Source: Microcoleus sp.
Lineage (GTDB): Bacteria > Cyanobacteriota > Cyanobacteriia > Cyanobacteriales > Microcoleaceae
Assembly: GCA_052279835.1 (NCBI GenBank)
Contig: CP181291.1
Span: 1,344,001 to 1,408,000, forward strand
DNA: 64,000 nt
Direction: 5' to 3'
The notes beneath the pieces are model-generated. The model was given only the letters and a program-made list of their open reading frames with translations, was not told where the DNA came from and searched no databases. Below are positions 20,089 through 30,341 of this stretch, in pieces. Each line of letters starts with the position of its first letter. Within the stretch, counting starts at the first letter, position 1. The position numbers and the translations under genes are program-made.

Positions 20089-20835
20089 ATGATCGAACTA
20101 CCAAAGGACCTCAACGAGGCGATCGCCCAATCCCGCACAGCCACTTCTGCCGCTCTCTCCGACGGCAAAACTCTACTGCAAGTCGAATTAGTATTCCCAG
20201 AAATCGCCCTCCAAGCACAGTCCATCGCCGCACAATTCGTCCCAGAATTTGAAGAAATGTACTCCGGTGTCAAAGTCTTATTTCCCGATACTGGTGCAGC
20301 CGCCCTCGCCCGTCGCGACTGGGGACAAACAGAATTTAAAGTCACAGACTTGGGCAGCAGCCGCACCCCGGTTGAAGATAAAATAGAACCGGAAGACCAA
20401 CTATTTCTGTTGGTGAACCCCGCAGCGATAGAAGTTCCTCAAGTCGAAAAATTGTACATAGCTGCGGGCGATCGCCCAGTAATTATACTCAACCCCCGCC
20501 TGGAAGACGTTGCCACCATAGGTATAGGCTATGCAGGGCGCCAACTGCGCGATCGATTCTTGAACAAAATAGAATCCTGCTACTACATCAGAGCTTTAGA
20601 AAGTGCAGTCCTATTCCGGTGTTACCCCCAATCCTGGCAAGTTTGGCTCTCAAAAAACGACGACTACGAACTAATTTCCGAAACCGCCCAAAAACCAGTC
20701 GGAGACGATTTAGATCGGATTTTAGCTAAAGCCTTGGGAATAGCAGATCCAGATAGCACCGCCCCCGCCAAACCGTTAAAAAAGACAGGCTTCATGGCAG
20801 ACTTACAGAGATTTCTCAAAGCTTTGACTCAGTAA
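20089..20835 (+). CDS. DUF1995 family protein (cyanobacteria/plastid conserved)
   Basis: FPDTGAAALARRDW and NPRLED..GIGYAGRQLR motifs. Confidence 0.8.
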   Translation: MIELPKDLNEAIAQSRTATSAALSDGKTLLQVELVFPEIALQAQSIAAQFVPEFEEMYSGVKVLFPDTGAAALARRDWGQTEFKVTDLGSSRTPVEDKIEPEDQLFLLVNPAAIEVPQVEKLYIAAGDRPVIILNPRLEDVATIGIGYAGRQLRDRFLNKIESCYYIRALESAVLFRCYPQSWQVWLSKNDDYELISETAQKPVGDDLDRILAKALGIADPDSTAPAKPLKKTGFMADLQRFLKALTQ

Positions 20836-20930
20836 CAGTGGGTAGTCAGAAACAGGGTTTGGGAGAGAATAGTCAATGACAAATTTAGTTTTCTGAATTT
20901 GCAAAACGTAACAACTTTAACAGTAATAAC

Positions 20931-21135
20931 TATCAAATCCGGTAGCATCGGAATTATTAATCTCTCTCTTCTCTTCCTCTTTCCCCCCTTGGGGGGGGCA
21001 GGGGGGGGTCGTCCTTTGCGTCTTCGCGGTTAAATCATTCCGATATAACCGGAATTGATATTATTCAGAGTTCTATTCTCTCCCTCTGCCTTCTCTGTGT
21101 TCTAGAAAGGTTAAATCATTCCGATACAACCGGAA
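20931..21135. mobile_element. MITE-like element plus a partial second copy
   Basis: TATCAAATCCGGTAGCATCGGAAT...ATTCCGATATAACCGGAATTGATA (20931-21060); the right half is repeated again to ~21135; related to 15981-16086. Confidence 0.6.
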
Positions 21136-21151
21136 ACCCAATTTAAATTGG

Positions 21152-22040
21152 TCATAAATCAGAATCCTTTCGAGCCAAACCTTGAATACTAACTTGCAAA
21201 ATCGACAAACCCAAAATCAGCAAAAACAACACCAGCCCGATCGTACAAGCATAACCGATTTCCAAATCCTTAAAAGCCCGTTCATAAAGATAATAAACAA
21301 CAGTCTTAGAATTATTACGAGGGCCACCTTGAGTCATAATATAAACTTCTTCAAAAACCTTAGTAGCAGAAATAGCCGAAATTACTGCCACCAAAACTAG
21401 ATAAGGCTTCATCAACGGTACTGTAATATCCCAATGCTTCCTCCAACCATCAGAAACCATCAATAGCAGCCGCCTCGTAAAGTTCCGCCGGAATAGCTTG
21501 CAGCCCAGCTAAATAAATTACCATATAATAACCCAAGCCTTTCCAGATAGTAACTGTCATGACACTAAAGATTGCCAATTTCGGATTAGCCAGCCAAGAA
21601 ACAGCAGGCAAACCCACCATTTGCCCCAACTGATTCAGCAGTCCATTTTCAGCAAACAGCCACTTCCAAGCAATCCCAGCAACAACCATGGAAATCACCG
21701 CAGGCGTGTAATATGCTGCTCTAAACCAGTTCATCCCCCGGAGTTTTTGATTGCACAAAATCGCCATTCCCAGTGGTAAAACAACCAATATAGGCACAAC
21801 CCAGGTGAGATAGAGGAGGGTGTTGCCCATAGTTTGCCAAAAAATGCGATCGCCCGCCAACCTCTGAAAATTCTTCAACCCTACCCACTGTGGCGCTTGA
21901 GTTAAGTCATACTCATAACTGGTAAAACTCAAATAAAAAGCCTGCAACGCCGGCCACAAAACAGTCAAACTCAACACAAATAAAGCGGGAAACAAAAATA
22001 AATAAGGTATTAGGTTGCGTCGGAAAAAAGTCAAAAACAT
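21152..22040 (-). pseudogene. Carbohydrate ABC transporter permease (LacF/UgpA-like), frameshifted
   Basis: The EAA loop ELYEAAAIDG continues as SDGWRKHW in another frame; one extra base in the AAA run at 21454-21456. Confidence 0.8.
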
Positions 22041-22043
22041 AAT

Positions 22044-22147
22044 GGGAATTGGGCATCGGGAATGGGGCATCGGGAATGGGGCATCGGAAATACTCGTTCC
22101 CATTTAATTTCTTGTCCCCCCCTTGTTAAGGGGGGTTAGGGGGGATC
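22044..22147. repeat. STRR heptamers (GGGAATK/GGGCATC) plus CCCCCCTT..AAGGGGGG palindrome
   Basis: About six tandem heptamers from 22044; palindrome at 22116-22147. Confidence 0.7.
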
Positions 22148-22169
22148 TAGCCTTCAATACAAACAATGG

Positions 22170-23633
22170 TTATTTAACTCCAGAAAACAAACCTTTCCAA
22201 TCACCAGGAGCATTGCCATTTTCCCCCTCTTTCACCTCAAAAGTAACATTACAAGCTTCTGGGAAATCCAAAGCTTCCACGCACAATTGGGCAATATCTT
22301 CCCGACTAACTTTACCCTTAATATTGTCACCCTGGTCAAAGATTAAAGCTTTACCCCCCGGCTCTTCCGTCAAAGCACAAGGTCTAACCACAGTATAAGG
22401 TATCCCGCTCGATCGCACACAATCCTCCCCCTTCAACTTCCAAGTCAAAATTCCCCCCAACATATCATTCATTCTCACCGCAGGTGGCTCTTCCTCCAAA
22501 TTAATTCCGGGGCGACCTGGGCGCGTAACACCAGCAGAACTCACCATCACAAATCTGGGCAATTCTTGTTCAGAATAAGCTTTAACAGATTCTAATTGCA
22601 GTTGAAAACTACCCGGTGTAAATTTCGGATTCAGCGCGCCATCATACTCAAACTTACTCAGCATTAACTGAAAAGAATAAATAGTCTGAGTATTTAACCT
22701 AGAGCCATCTTTCACAGTCTTAGCACGGAAGACAGGAATCAGTTTTTCAAAGGGAATTGTGACAGTAATCCAGATATTGTAAACCGTATCAAAAGAATAA
22801 CAATAGCCAATACCATCCCATTTCGCTTCGCTGCGAACAATCAGTTTGTAGCGCTTACCATCACCTTTCACTCGCAATTGAATTCCACTAAATCCTGTTA
22901 AATCAAGAGCACTCTCAAAATTCCGAGTCCGCACCGAAGCAAACCCACCAGAATTGGCAGTAGAAACATTGCCTGTGAATAAAGCTGTATTATCTATCAG
23001 TCGGAGCGAACTTTCGCTGACTCCACCCATCACAATATCATCAAGTGCACCCCAAGTTTCTTTCAAATCTTGAGTAGGTTTTGTGAAGTCAAAAATAGTT
23101 TTTTCCCCGGCTTTACCTAGCTGACTGCGAACAGCTTGCACTAAATTATTGATGCCTTTATACTCGACTATTTCGGGAACATCTACCACTTCTGGCATAT
23201 AAAATTTGATGCCTTGATAGTATTTTTCACGGTTTGGGGTATCTCCTTCTACCGGTTGAACACGAGTGCCAGTGCAGCAGATAACGGCTTCTACACCCTC
23301 CGTTACTAGCGGTGTTAAGGTTTCCGCTAGGGTGATATCTCCCTCGACTAATTCGACATTTTTACCCAGAATTTCTTGAGCTCTTTTGCTATCTCTCACC
23401 AGAGCTCGCACTCTGATTCCCCGCTGTTGCAGCCGCTTCACCACTCGTTTACCAACACCACCAGTAGCACCTGCTACAAGTACCAGCTTGGGTTGGTCTT
23501 TTTTAGTGTTCCCACTGCTGCCAAATAGTTGTTGCAGCCAGCTAATGCTGCCGATGAAGGGAATGACACCGAAATAAGCCAAGGTTTTGACAAATCTGCC
23601 GGCATCCCATTGGGCGGTATTTTTTTCAGTCAC
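22170..23633 (-). CDS. NAD(P)-binding Rossmann / CIA30 family protein
   Basis: VAGATGGVG Rossmann motif; WGALDDIVMGG and GGFASVRT CIA30 motifs. Confidence 0.88.
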   Translation of the reverse strand: MTEKNTAQWDAGRFVKTLAYFGVIPFIGSISWLQQLFGSSGNTKKDQPKLVLVAGATGGVGKRVVKRLQQRGIRVRALVRDSKRAQEILGKNVELVEGDITLAETLTPLVTEGVEAVICCTGTRVQPVEGDTPNREKYYQGIKFYMPEVVDVPEIVEYKGINNLVQAVRSQLGKAGEKTIFDFTKPTQDLKETWGALDDIVMGGVSESSLRLIDNTALFTGNVSTANSGGFASVRTRNFESALDLTGFSGIQLRVKGDGKRYKLIVRSEAKWDGIGYCYSFDTVYNIWITVTIPFEKLIPVFRAKTVKDGSRLNTQTIYSFQLMLSKFEYDGALNPKFTPGSFQLQLESVKAYSEQELPRFVMVSSAGVTRPGRPGINLEEEPPAVRMNDMLGGILTWKLKGEDCVRSSGIPYTVVRPCALTEEPGGKALIFDQGDNIKGKVSREDIAQLCVEALDFPEACNVTFEVKEGENGNAPGDWKGLFSGVK

Positions 23634-23718
23634 AGTCGCTTCCTCAGAATTTGCTCAAATCTACTTAGCTGTTGGTCTATTTTAATTTTAATCTAAACTG
23701 CACGCACAGTTTGTCACT

Positions 23719-26238
23719 TCACCGCTGCACTTTATTCATAACTTGGCTCAACGGAATCTCAACAATAAACTCCGCTCCATCTCCGGGGGCGGAAATGCAA
23801 GTCAGTTGGCCACCGTGTTTTTCTACTACAATTTCCTTGCCTATAGCCAAACCAATTCCTGCCCCTTTCCCGACAGGTTTAGTAGTAAAAAAAGGCTCAA
23901 AAATTTCTTTTTGCACTGCTGGTTCCATACCCGTACCATTGTCAGCAATCCGAATAATTCCCATCTTGCGATCAGTATCAAATTCTGTTTTGATCTGAAT
24001 TCTTCCTGATTTAACCCCCCCTGAATCCTGGCCCAATTTAGGCGACAAATTATCCTTCCCTATTGCCTCTTCTATCGCATCAATGGCATTGGCTAATACA
24101 TTCATAAATACTTGATTTATCTGCACAGGGTAACACTCAATTAATGGCAAGGAACCGTACTCTTTAATCAGTTTAATTCCGGGTTTATCTGCCTTCGGTT
24201 TGAGTCGGTTGCCCAAAATCAGCAAAGCGCTATCGAGTCCGTCGTGAATATCCACTGATTTAATCTCAGATTCGTCAATTCTAGAAAAGTTTTGCAGAGA
24301 CTGAACTATCTCGCGGATGCGATTTGCTCCTAGTTTCATGGAACCGAGCAATTTTGGCAAATCTTCAATGATAAACTCTAATTCAGCGGCTTCTATTTCT
24401 GCTTGAATTTCTGGTGAGGGTGAGGGATAGTATTCCTCGTAAAGTTGAACTAAATTAATTAATTTTTGGCTATATTCCTTAGCATAGCCTATATTGCCAT
24501 AGATGAAATTAATTGGGTTACTGACTTCATAAGCTACCGCCGCCACCAACTGTCCTAAACTTGACATTCTTTCGCTTTGCACCAGTTGAGTTTGCGCCCG
24601 CTGAAGCTCGGACATCGCTGTTTTTAAATGAGCAGTTTTTTCCCGTTCTCTAGCGACTGATTCTGACAGGGCGGTATTTAATTTCGCGAGTTTTTCAGCT
24701 TGACGCAGCACTATATTAATCATGGCTTTTTTCAATTCCAATGCAGCCTCTATTTCGCACTCTTTCCAAGCTAATGATTTGCACTTCACATTTTCTTTCC
24801 ACAGCTCGAAGGATTTCCTAGGAGAAAGTCTTTCGCTGCCATCGTCGTCAATTTGAACTATTTTATTCGGGTTTCCCGCCCAATTTACAGTTCTAATTAC
24901 TTCGGGGCGAAACCACAATACATATATTTTTTGAATCGGAGATATTGCGATAGCTAAACACCCGCTGGCTGTGTCTTTAAAGCTCTCTGCTTCTGGATAA
25001 TATTCTGCCAGGAAATCTGTATAAAATATTTCTTTGGTTAGCTGAGATTGCACCCAATTTATGAGTTTTTTTAAAGATGATTTTGCAGGTGTTTCGCCAA
25101 CTTGATAGCAGTGTTCTCCAAATACTATGGCAGCTCCCGACGCATTGACTGATTCCAGTAAATTATGCTGGCACTTAATTAATACTTCTGACAAGTTTTC
25201 TGAAGTCGAGATGTCTTCAAAAATTTTGGTTTGAATAAATTTTAAGTGTAGCCGGTAGTCATAGTCTTCGTTACCTTCTTTTGATTGCAGTTCTAAAGAC
25301 ATGACTTGTCCAATAAATTCACAGGCTGCCCGCACTTCACAGTTAATATATTTAGGTGTGTAGTGGTGACAAGCAATCAAACCCCACAGCTTCTGATTTT
25401 TGATTAATGATATTGACATAGAAGCTGCAACGCCCATATTTTGCAGGTATTCTATGTGAATGGGAGAAACGCTTCTGAGAACGCTGAAACTCAGATCTAG
25501 GGGCTGGTTAGTAACAGGATTATTTGGTGAGATAATGGGGACTGGTTTGTAGTTAATATCGGGAATTAATCTCAGCCAATTTAACAAATAAAGTTGTCTG
25601 GCTTGTTTTGGAATATCTGAGCTGGGGTAGTTTAAGCCTAAAAAAGGACTCAGCATTTCTGCTTTGTTTTCAGCAATAATAGCCCCGTTACCTTTGTCAT
25701 CAAATTGATAGACCATTACTCTGTCAAATCCTGTAATTCTTCTGATTTCTGCTACAGTAACTTGACATAAATTATTTAAATTTTGGGAGTTTTGAATCGT
25801 GTTTACGGTCGCTTTAACTGAATGATAAAAGCTAAATACTGACATATTTGCTAGGGATTGGGCTAATTCTAGCTCAATGATTAATACTCCTTCCCACCTG
25901 TGGAGGATGCAGTCAAATTCTAAAATTTTTTCGGCTTTTTTTACGGATATTTTAAGAGGATTGATGGTTTTTAAGTTTTCATTCCGCAAACAGACTTTTA
26001 GCTGCTCTAGCTGAGCTTGTTCTAAGAATAAACTCAAATTTTGACCGATCGCACTTTTAGCAGATATTCCCAGTAACTCTTGCGTATTTTCACTGATTTG
26101 CAGTATTTCTAGTTCAGGTTCGCTTACAGCCATCAGTACCCCGTGCGGCTGAATCTGTCCCGATATATGAATTGGTTCTCTGTCGCAGTTGGTCAAGTCA
26201 ACTTCTTCGAGTGGTAAGATTGTGCTTTGTCTATTCAT
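23719..26238 (-). CDS. Bacteriophytochrome-type photoreceptor (PAS-GAF-PHY) with histidine-kinase-like output
   Basis: N-terminal CDREPIH (biliverdin Cys), SDIP, LRSVSPIH (no GAF Cys), PRKSF; the H-box reads AYEVSNP. Confidence 0.9.
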   Translation of the reverse strand: MNRQSTILPLEEVDLTNCDREPIHISGQIQPHGVLMAVSEPELEILQISENTQELLGISAKSAIGQNLSLFLEQAQLEQLKVCLRNENLKTINPLKISVKKAEKILEFDCILHRWEGVLIIELELAQSLANMSVFSFYHSVKATVNTIQNSQNLNNLCQVTVAEIRRITGFDRVMVYQFDDKGNGAIIAENKAEMLSPFLGLNYPSSDIPKQARQLYLLNWLRLIPDINYKPVPIISPNNPVTNQPLDLSFSVLRSVSPIHIEYLQNMGVAASMSISLIKNQKLWGLIACHHYTPKYINCEVRAACEFIGQVMSLELQSKEGNEDYDYRLHLKFIQTKIFEDISTSENLSEVLIKCQHNLLESVNASGAAIVFGEHCYQVGETPAKSSLKKLINWVQSQLTKEIFYTDFLAEYYPEAESFKDTASGCLAIAISPIQKIYVLWFRPEVIRTVNWAGNPNKIVQIDDDGSERLSPRKSFELWKENVKCKSLAWKECEIEAALELKKAMINIVLRQAEKLAKLNTALSESVAREREKTAHLKTAMSELQRAQTQLVQSERMSSLGQLVAAVAYEVSNPINFIYGNIGYAKEYSQKLINLVQLYEEYYPSPSPEIQAEIEAAELEFIIEDLPKLLGSMKLGANRIREIVQSLQNFSRIDESEIKSVDIHDGLDSALLILGNRLKPKADKPGIKLIKEYGSLPLIECYPVQINQVFMNVLANAIDAIEEAIGKDNLSPKLGQDSGGVKSGRIQIKTEFDTDRKMGIIRIADNGTGMEPAVQKEIFEPFFTTKPVGKGAGIGLAIGKEIVVEKHGGQLTCISAPGDGAEFIVEIPLSQVMNKVQR

Positions 26239-26718
26239 TTTCTGTGTTTTCCGTTGTACAATGTAAAGAGGGTTGTAGGGATTTCTGCTTTAATCTCAAA
26301 TCCGATTTTGAGCGCGATCGTCCCGATGGACTAACTATGGACACTTGAGCCTGTCACTACCGCAGACGATCGCTATATCGCTCATCCTTAACTCCCGCAT
26401 CAATAGATAGAATATCAGCTTAAATTCCTGTTCCTTGAGCAGCGTCAGCCTTTGTGACATTTGAGCTGGTCGATGTCTCCTACAATTATAAATATTCTGT
26501 TTTAATTATTACAGTAATTGTTTCCATTACTCAACGGATATTAATTTTTTTCAAGAATCCATCTGTTGACAGTTTACCAGCAGTAGGAACGGGAGAGAAA
26601 TATGTCTGGGGAGTGACCTGCAACATCAAATATTAAGTTATGGTGAGGGTGCTAAGATAGGTAAGTCAAATCAAGTTAAGCTCTTTAAGTATATTCAACA
26701 GGTTCCCTAATTAGATTA

Positions 26719-27120
26719 ATGCTCGACTTTAATACATTGACCGAATTTTCCCATACCTACTGCGTAGCTATCTGTGCATTTTTAGTCCCAGCCAACTTGC
26801 TGATGACTTTGCAGACAGTGATTTGGACAGGACAAAAGCGACCTCGAATTCAAGTGGGAGCCTCTGTGCTTCTTGCTAGTCTCTTCGCGATGACAATGAT
26901 ATTTCATGTTTTTAGTTGGTTCGCCATTGGGGTAGTAATGCCTCCCACGTACATCTTACTATTAATGGCAATCACTTGTCTGACAATCAACGTCTGGGCG
27001 ATCGCTCATCCTGGAAGTATCATCAAATTAATGGGAGTTTTGGGATCGGTTGTTAGGGAAAATTTCCTAAAAAATAAATCAAGGGGCTTAAGATTTGAGC
27101 GACGACAAAATTTACAGTAA
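26719..27120 (+). CDS. Hypothetical membrane protein (about 3 TM)
   Basis: ATG start, hydrophobic segments, 18 nt upstream of the SDR gene. Confidence 0.7.
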   Translation: MLDFNTLTEFSHTYCVAICAFLVPANLLMTLQTVIWTGQKRPRIQVGASVLLASLFAMTMIFHVFSWFAIGVVMPPTYILLLMAITCLTINVWAIAHPGSIIKLMGVLGSVVRENFLKNKSRGLRFERRQNLQ

Positions 27121-27138
27121 CTCACAACTGAAAACTCT

Positions 27139-27942
27139 ATGGCTCCTACAGTTTTGATTACAGGCGCTTCTCAAGGAAGTGGCAAAGCTACTGCACTTTT
27201 ATTTGCCAGTTCAGGCTACGATGTTGTGATGACAGCTCGTCAGCCGGAAAGATTAGCAGCCGCCGCGGCGATGGTGGAACGTCAAGGCAATTCGGTGTTA
27301 GCTATTCCCGCAGATGTGGGCGATGTTCAACAAGTGCGATCGCTCGTTGAAAAAGCCCTCTCTTTTTATGGTAACATCGATGTGTTAGTCAACAATGCAG
27401 GCATCTGTTTAACCGGACCGATGGAGCAAACTACCACCGAAGATTGGCAGAAATTAATGAATACTAATTTTTGGGGATGTGTTAACACAATCCAAGAACT
27501 TTTGCCACATTTTTTATCACGAAAAACTGGTACAATCGTTAATGTCGGTTCTATTGGTGGCAAAATGCCTTTGCCTCAAATGACTGCCTATTGTGCCAGC
27601 AAATATGCGTTGACAGGTTTAACCGACACCTTGCGATTGGAATTAGCACCTCAAGGAATTCAAGTTTGTGCCGTACATCCGGGCTTAATTAACAGTGATT
27701 TTTTAGAAAGAGCTCAGTTTCGCGATCGCCACGAACCAGCAGCCGAACTGCGTCGTCAGGAAATGAGCGAAATGCTGAAATCTAACTGGGCAAATCAGCC
27801 GGAAGATATTGCCAAGGCTATTTGGGATGCGGTGAAAAATAAGCGTTCTGAAGTCACCGTCGGCCCTGCATTTATAGCCGCCGAAGCCTATCGCCTATTC
27901 CCCGGTTTAATGCAGTGGGCAATGGAGAAAGGTAATGGGTAA
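27139..27942 (+). CDS. Short-chain dehydrogenase/reductase
   Basis: TGASQGSG, NNAG and YCASK catalytic motifs. Confidence 0.92.
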   Translation: MAPTVLITGASQGSGKATALLFASSGYDVVMTARQPERLAAAAAMVERQGNSVLAIPADVGDVQQVRSLVEKALSFYGNIDVLVNNAGICLTGPMEQTTTEDWQKLMNTNFWGCVNTIQELLPHFLSRKTGTIVNVGSIGGKMPLPQMTAYCASKYALTGLTDTLRLELAPQGIQVCAVHPGLINSDFLERAQFRDRHEPAAELRRQEMSEMLKSNWANQPEDIAKAIWDAVKNKRSEVTVGPAFIAAEAYRLFPGLMQWAMEKGNG

Positions 27943-28021
27943 TTGGGAATTGGGAATTGGGAATTGGCAAGAGAAAGCAATTCAAAAACTCCGCTATCGA
28001 ACAGTTTTTAAGGTCAGTTAA

Positions 28022-28157
28022 AACTTAGATATTGCACCATTCTCAAGAACTGGTAGGGGCGGGTTCACACATAGCCTTAAAGGTTGCAAACAGGTTAAAT
28101 AAACCCGCCCGCACTCACCAAAAAGCTGCTTATTGACATTGGTGCAATATCTCAGTT
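28022..28157. mobile_element. MITE-like element (TIR AGATATTGCACCA) containing a GTAG-type REP doublet
   Basis: AACTTAGATATTGCACCA...TGGTGCAATATCTCAGTT inverted ends; internal GTAGGGGCGGGTT...AACCCGCCC at 28053-28110. Confidence 0.65.
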
Positions 28158-28182
28158 ACAACTTACTCAAATACTAACAAAC

Positions 28183-28232
28183 AGTCGGTTTCAACCGACT
28201 TTAGCTATGAGACAGGGACTTAAGTCCCTGTC
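28183..28232. repeat. Double-hairpin intergenic repeat (GTCGGTTTCAACCGAC / GACAGGGACTTAAGTCCCTGTC)
   Basis: Two palindromes between convergent genes; may act as a terminator. Confidence 0.6.
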
Positions 28233-28270
28233 GGAGTTTAGCAACAGAAATAATCAATCAATTAGCTAAT

Positions 28271-29080
28271 TTAAAGTACAGAACTAGCATTAATAAAACG
28301 ACCAGTTAAATCTGCTGGTGTTACATTCAACACAGTCCCTAACAAAGCATTGGTAAAACCGAACCTAATATTAGTAGCTTCCACACGGCCATTACCATCG
28401 GGATCGAGGTCTCGCTGGGAGATACCACCCTTGGCTAACAAGCTAGTACCACCTGCTACAGTGGCGGGATCGATCAGCAACAATCTGGGGTCATTCAGGC
28501 TATAATTTACCTGTTCAAAAGAGATATTGCTGGTGGTAAATGCCGTGCTAATTCCCAGGGAGTCATTAAATTTATCAAAATCCACAATTACGGCGTCAGG
28601 AACTTCAAAGCCCAGGATTTTTTGTCCGGCTTGATCGACTCGAAGCACAAAAACATCACTGCCTGCACCACCTTTGTAAACATCAACATCTCTGTCACCA
28701 ATTAAAGTATCATTGCCATCACCACCCACTAACAAATCAATACCTTGACCCCCACGCAACAAATCATTTCCCACGCCACCATCCAGAAAATCACTATTTC
28801 TGTCCCCGGTGAGGAAATCATTGCCAATTTCTCCTAAAATATCGTCATCACCCTTACCACCATAAATAGAATCATTACCCGCACCACCTAAGAGACTGTC
28901 TTTGTCATCGTTACCAAAAATCCGTTCGGCATCCGATGAACCTGTAACAGTATCATTCCCACCCAGCACCCAAACTCCCCCAGGAAAATTAGCAACTTGT
29001 CCCGGTGTAAGTGTAATATTTTCGGGAGAATTATCTCCTACCAAACGAGGAATGCCGGAATTATCTGGTTTAAGTGCCAT
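28271..29080 (-). CDS. RTX/hemolysin-type calcium-binding repeat protein
   Basis: Repeated GGxGxD nonapeptides (GGAGNDSIY, GGKGDDDIL, GGVGNDLLR, GGDGNDTLI). Confidence 0.85.
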   Translation of the reverse strand: MALKPDNSGIPRLVGDNSPENITLTPGQVANFPGGVWVLGGNDTVTGSSDAERIFGNDDKDSLLGGAGNDSIYGGKGDDDILGEIGNDFLTGDRNSDFLDGGVGNDLLRGGQGIDLLVGGDGNDTLIGDRDVDVYKGGAGSDVFVLRVDQAGQKILGFEVPDAVIVDFDKFNDSLGISTAFTTSNISFEQVNYSLNDPRLLLIDPATVAGGTSLLAKGGISQRDLDPDGNGRVEATNIRFGFTNALLGTVLNVTPADLTGRFINASSVL

Positions 29081-29246
29081 AGTTGTAAACTGATTGAGAT
29101 GTAATATTGAATATGTTGCAATATTCTGATTCTACAGTCCGTAAGGATTGATTCTGGAAGAATCTGACACAATTTTTAACTATTGCATCTTCGCACCTGC
29201 CAGCCGAGAATATACTAGATTGAAATAAAAGTTAAACCTTAAGCTA

Positions 29247-30227
29247 ATGCCAATTATCTTAGTTGAAGACTTGAGCAAAATTTATCCCATCGCCATTAAA
29301 GAACCGGGACTAAAAGGAACTCTCCAACACTTTTTTAAGCGCACTTACCGCAATGTGAAAGCCGTTGAGGGAGTTTCTTTCAGTATTGAACCGGGGGAAG
29401 TTGTGGGCTTTCTTGGGGCTAATGGCGCGGGCAAAACTACGACGCTGAAAATGCTGACTGGTTTAATTTATCCGTCTACTGGTACTGTGAAAGTGTGCGA
29501 TCGCATTCCATTTCGCCGCCAAGCCGATTTTTTGCAAAAAATCACCCTAGTCATGGGGCAAAAACAGCAGCTAATCTGGGATTTGCCAGTGCTAGACTCT
29601 CTGAGAATCAATGCCGCTGTCTACGGAATCCCTGAGAAAGATTATCGACTGCGAGTGGGGGAACTGACGGAGATGTTATCCCTAGAAGGCAAGTTAAATC
29701 AGCCAGTGCGAAAACTGTCTTTAGGCGAACGCATGAAAGCGGAATTGATGGCAGCATTGTTGCACCAACCGGAGGTATTATTTTTAGATGAACCGACATT
29801 AGGTTTAGATATCAATGCGCAGTTTAGTGTGAGAAAATTTCTGCGGGAATATAACGAACGCTATCAAGCAACGGTACTGTTGACGAGTCACTACATGGCA
29901 GACATTACTGCTTTGTGCAAACGAGTTTTGTTAATTCATGAAGGGCAATTAGTTTATGATGGCAATTTAGATGGATTGCTAGATAGATTTGCACCTTATC
30001 GACAAGTTCAGGTAGAATTAGCCAATCCGCTATCTCAAGATCGTGCTTCTGCTTACGGGGAGGTAGAATCTATGGAAGGACAATCGGTGCGATTTTTGGT
30101 AAAAAGGGAGGAATTGATGGTGGGGGTAGCGAAGATGTTGGCGGAGTTGGAAGTGGTGGATTTGACTGTTACCGATCCGCCCATTGAAGAGGTAATTGGC
30201 AGAGTTTTTCGCACGGGAAAAGTGTAA
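29247..30227 (+). CDS. ABC transporter ATP-binding protein
   Basis: Walker A GANGAGKT, signature LSLGE, Walker B LFLDEP. Confidence 0.93.
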   Translation: MPIILVEDLSKIYPIAIKEPGLKGTLQHFFKRTYRNVKAVEGVSFSIEPGEVVGFLGANGAGKTTTLKMLTGLIYPSTGTVKVCDRIPFRRQADFLQKITLVMGQKQQLIWDLPVLDSLRINAAVYGIPEKDYRLRVGELTEMLSLEGKLNQPVRKLSLGERMKAELMAALLHQPEVLFLDEPTLGLDINAQFSVRKFLREYNERYQATVLLTSHYMADITALCKRVLLIHEGQLVYDGNLDGLLDRFAPYRQVQVELANPLSQDRASAYGEVESMEGQSVRFLVKREELMVGVAKMLAELEVVDLTVTDPPIEEVIGRVFRTGKV

Positions 30228-30252
30228 TATTTTTGAATAAGATCGTTTTCAA

Positions 30253-30310
30253 TAACAGGCAAGATGCCTGTTCCACAATACTTTTTGTGGAACGGGCTTA
30301 TAGCTTGTTG
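30253..30310. repeat. REP-like doublet of the GTGGAACAGGCATCTTGCCTGTT family
   Basis: AACAGGCAAGATGCCTGTTCCACAA followed by an inverted degenerate copy; related copies near 16093, 17081 and 50235. Confidence 0.6.
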
Positions 30311-30341
30311 CTAAGATGGAGAAATTCAATCTACAACTGAC

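Noticed and set aside
21445..21465. prfB-like programmed +1 frameshift at TTC TGA
   Set aside because: Re-pairing from TTC to TCT is non-cognate and no stimulatory SD-like element is evident; a simple indel is more parsimonious.
26454..26636. 60-aa ORF between the phytochrome and membrane-protein genes
   Set aside because: No recognisable motif or RBS; it lies in a divergent promoter region.
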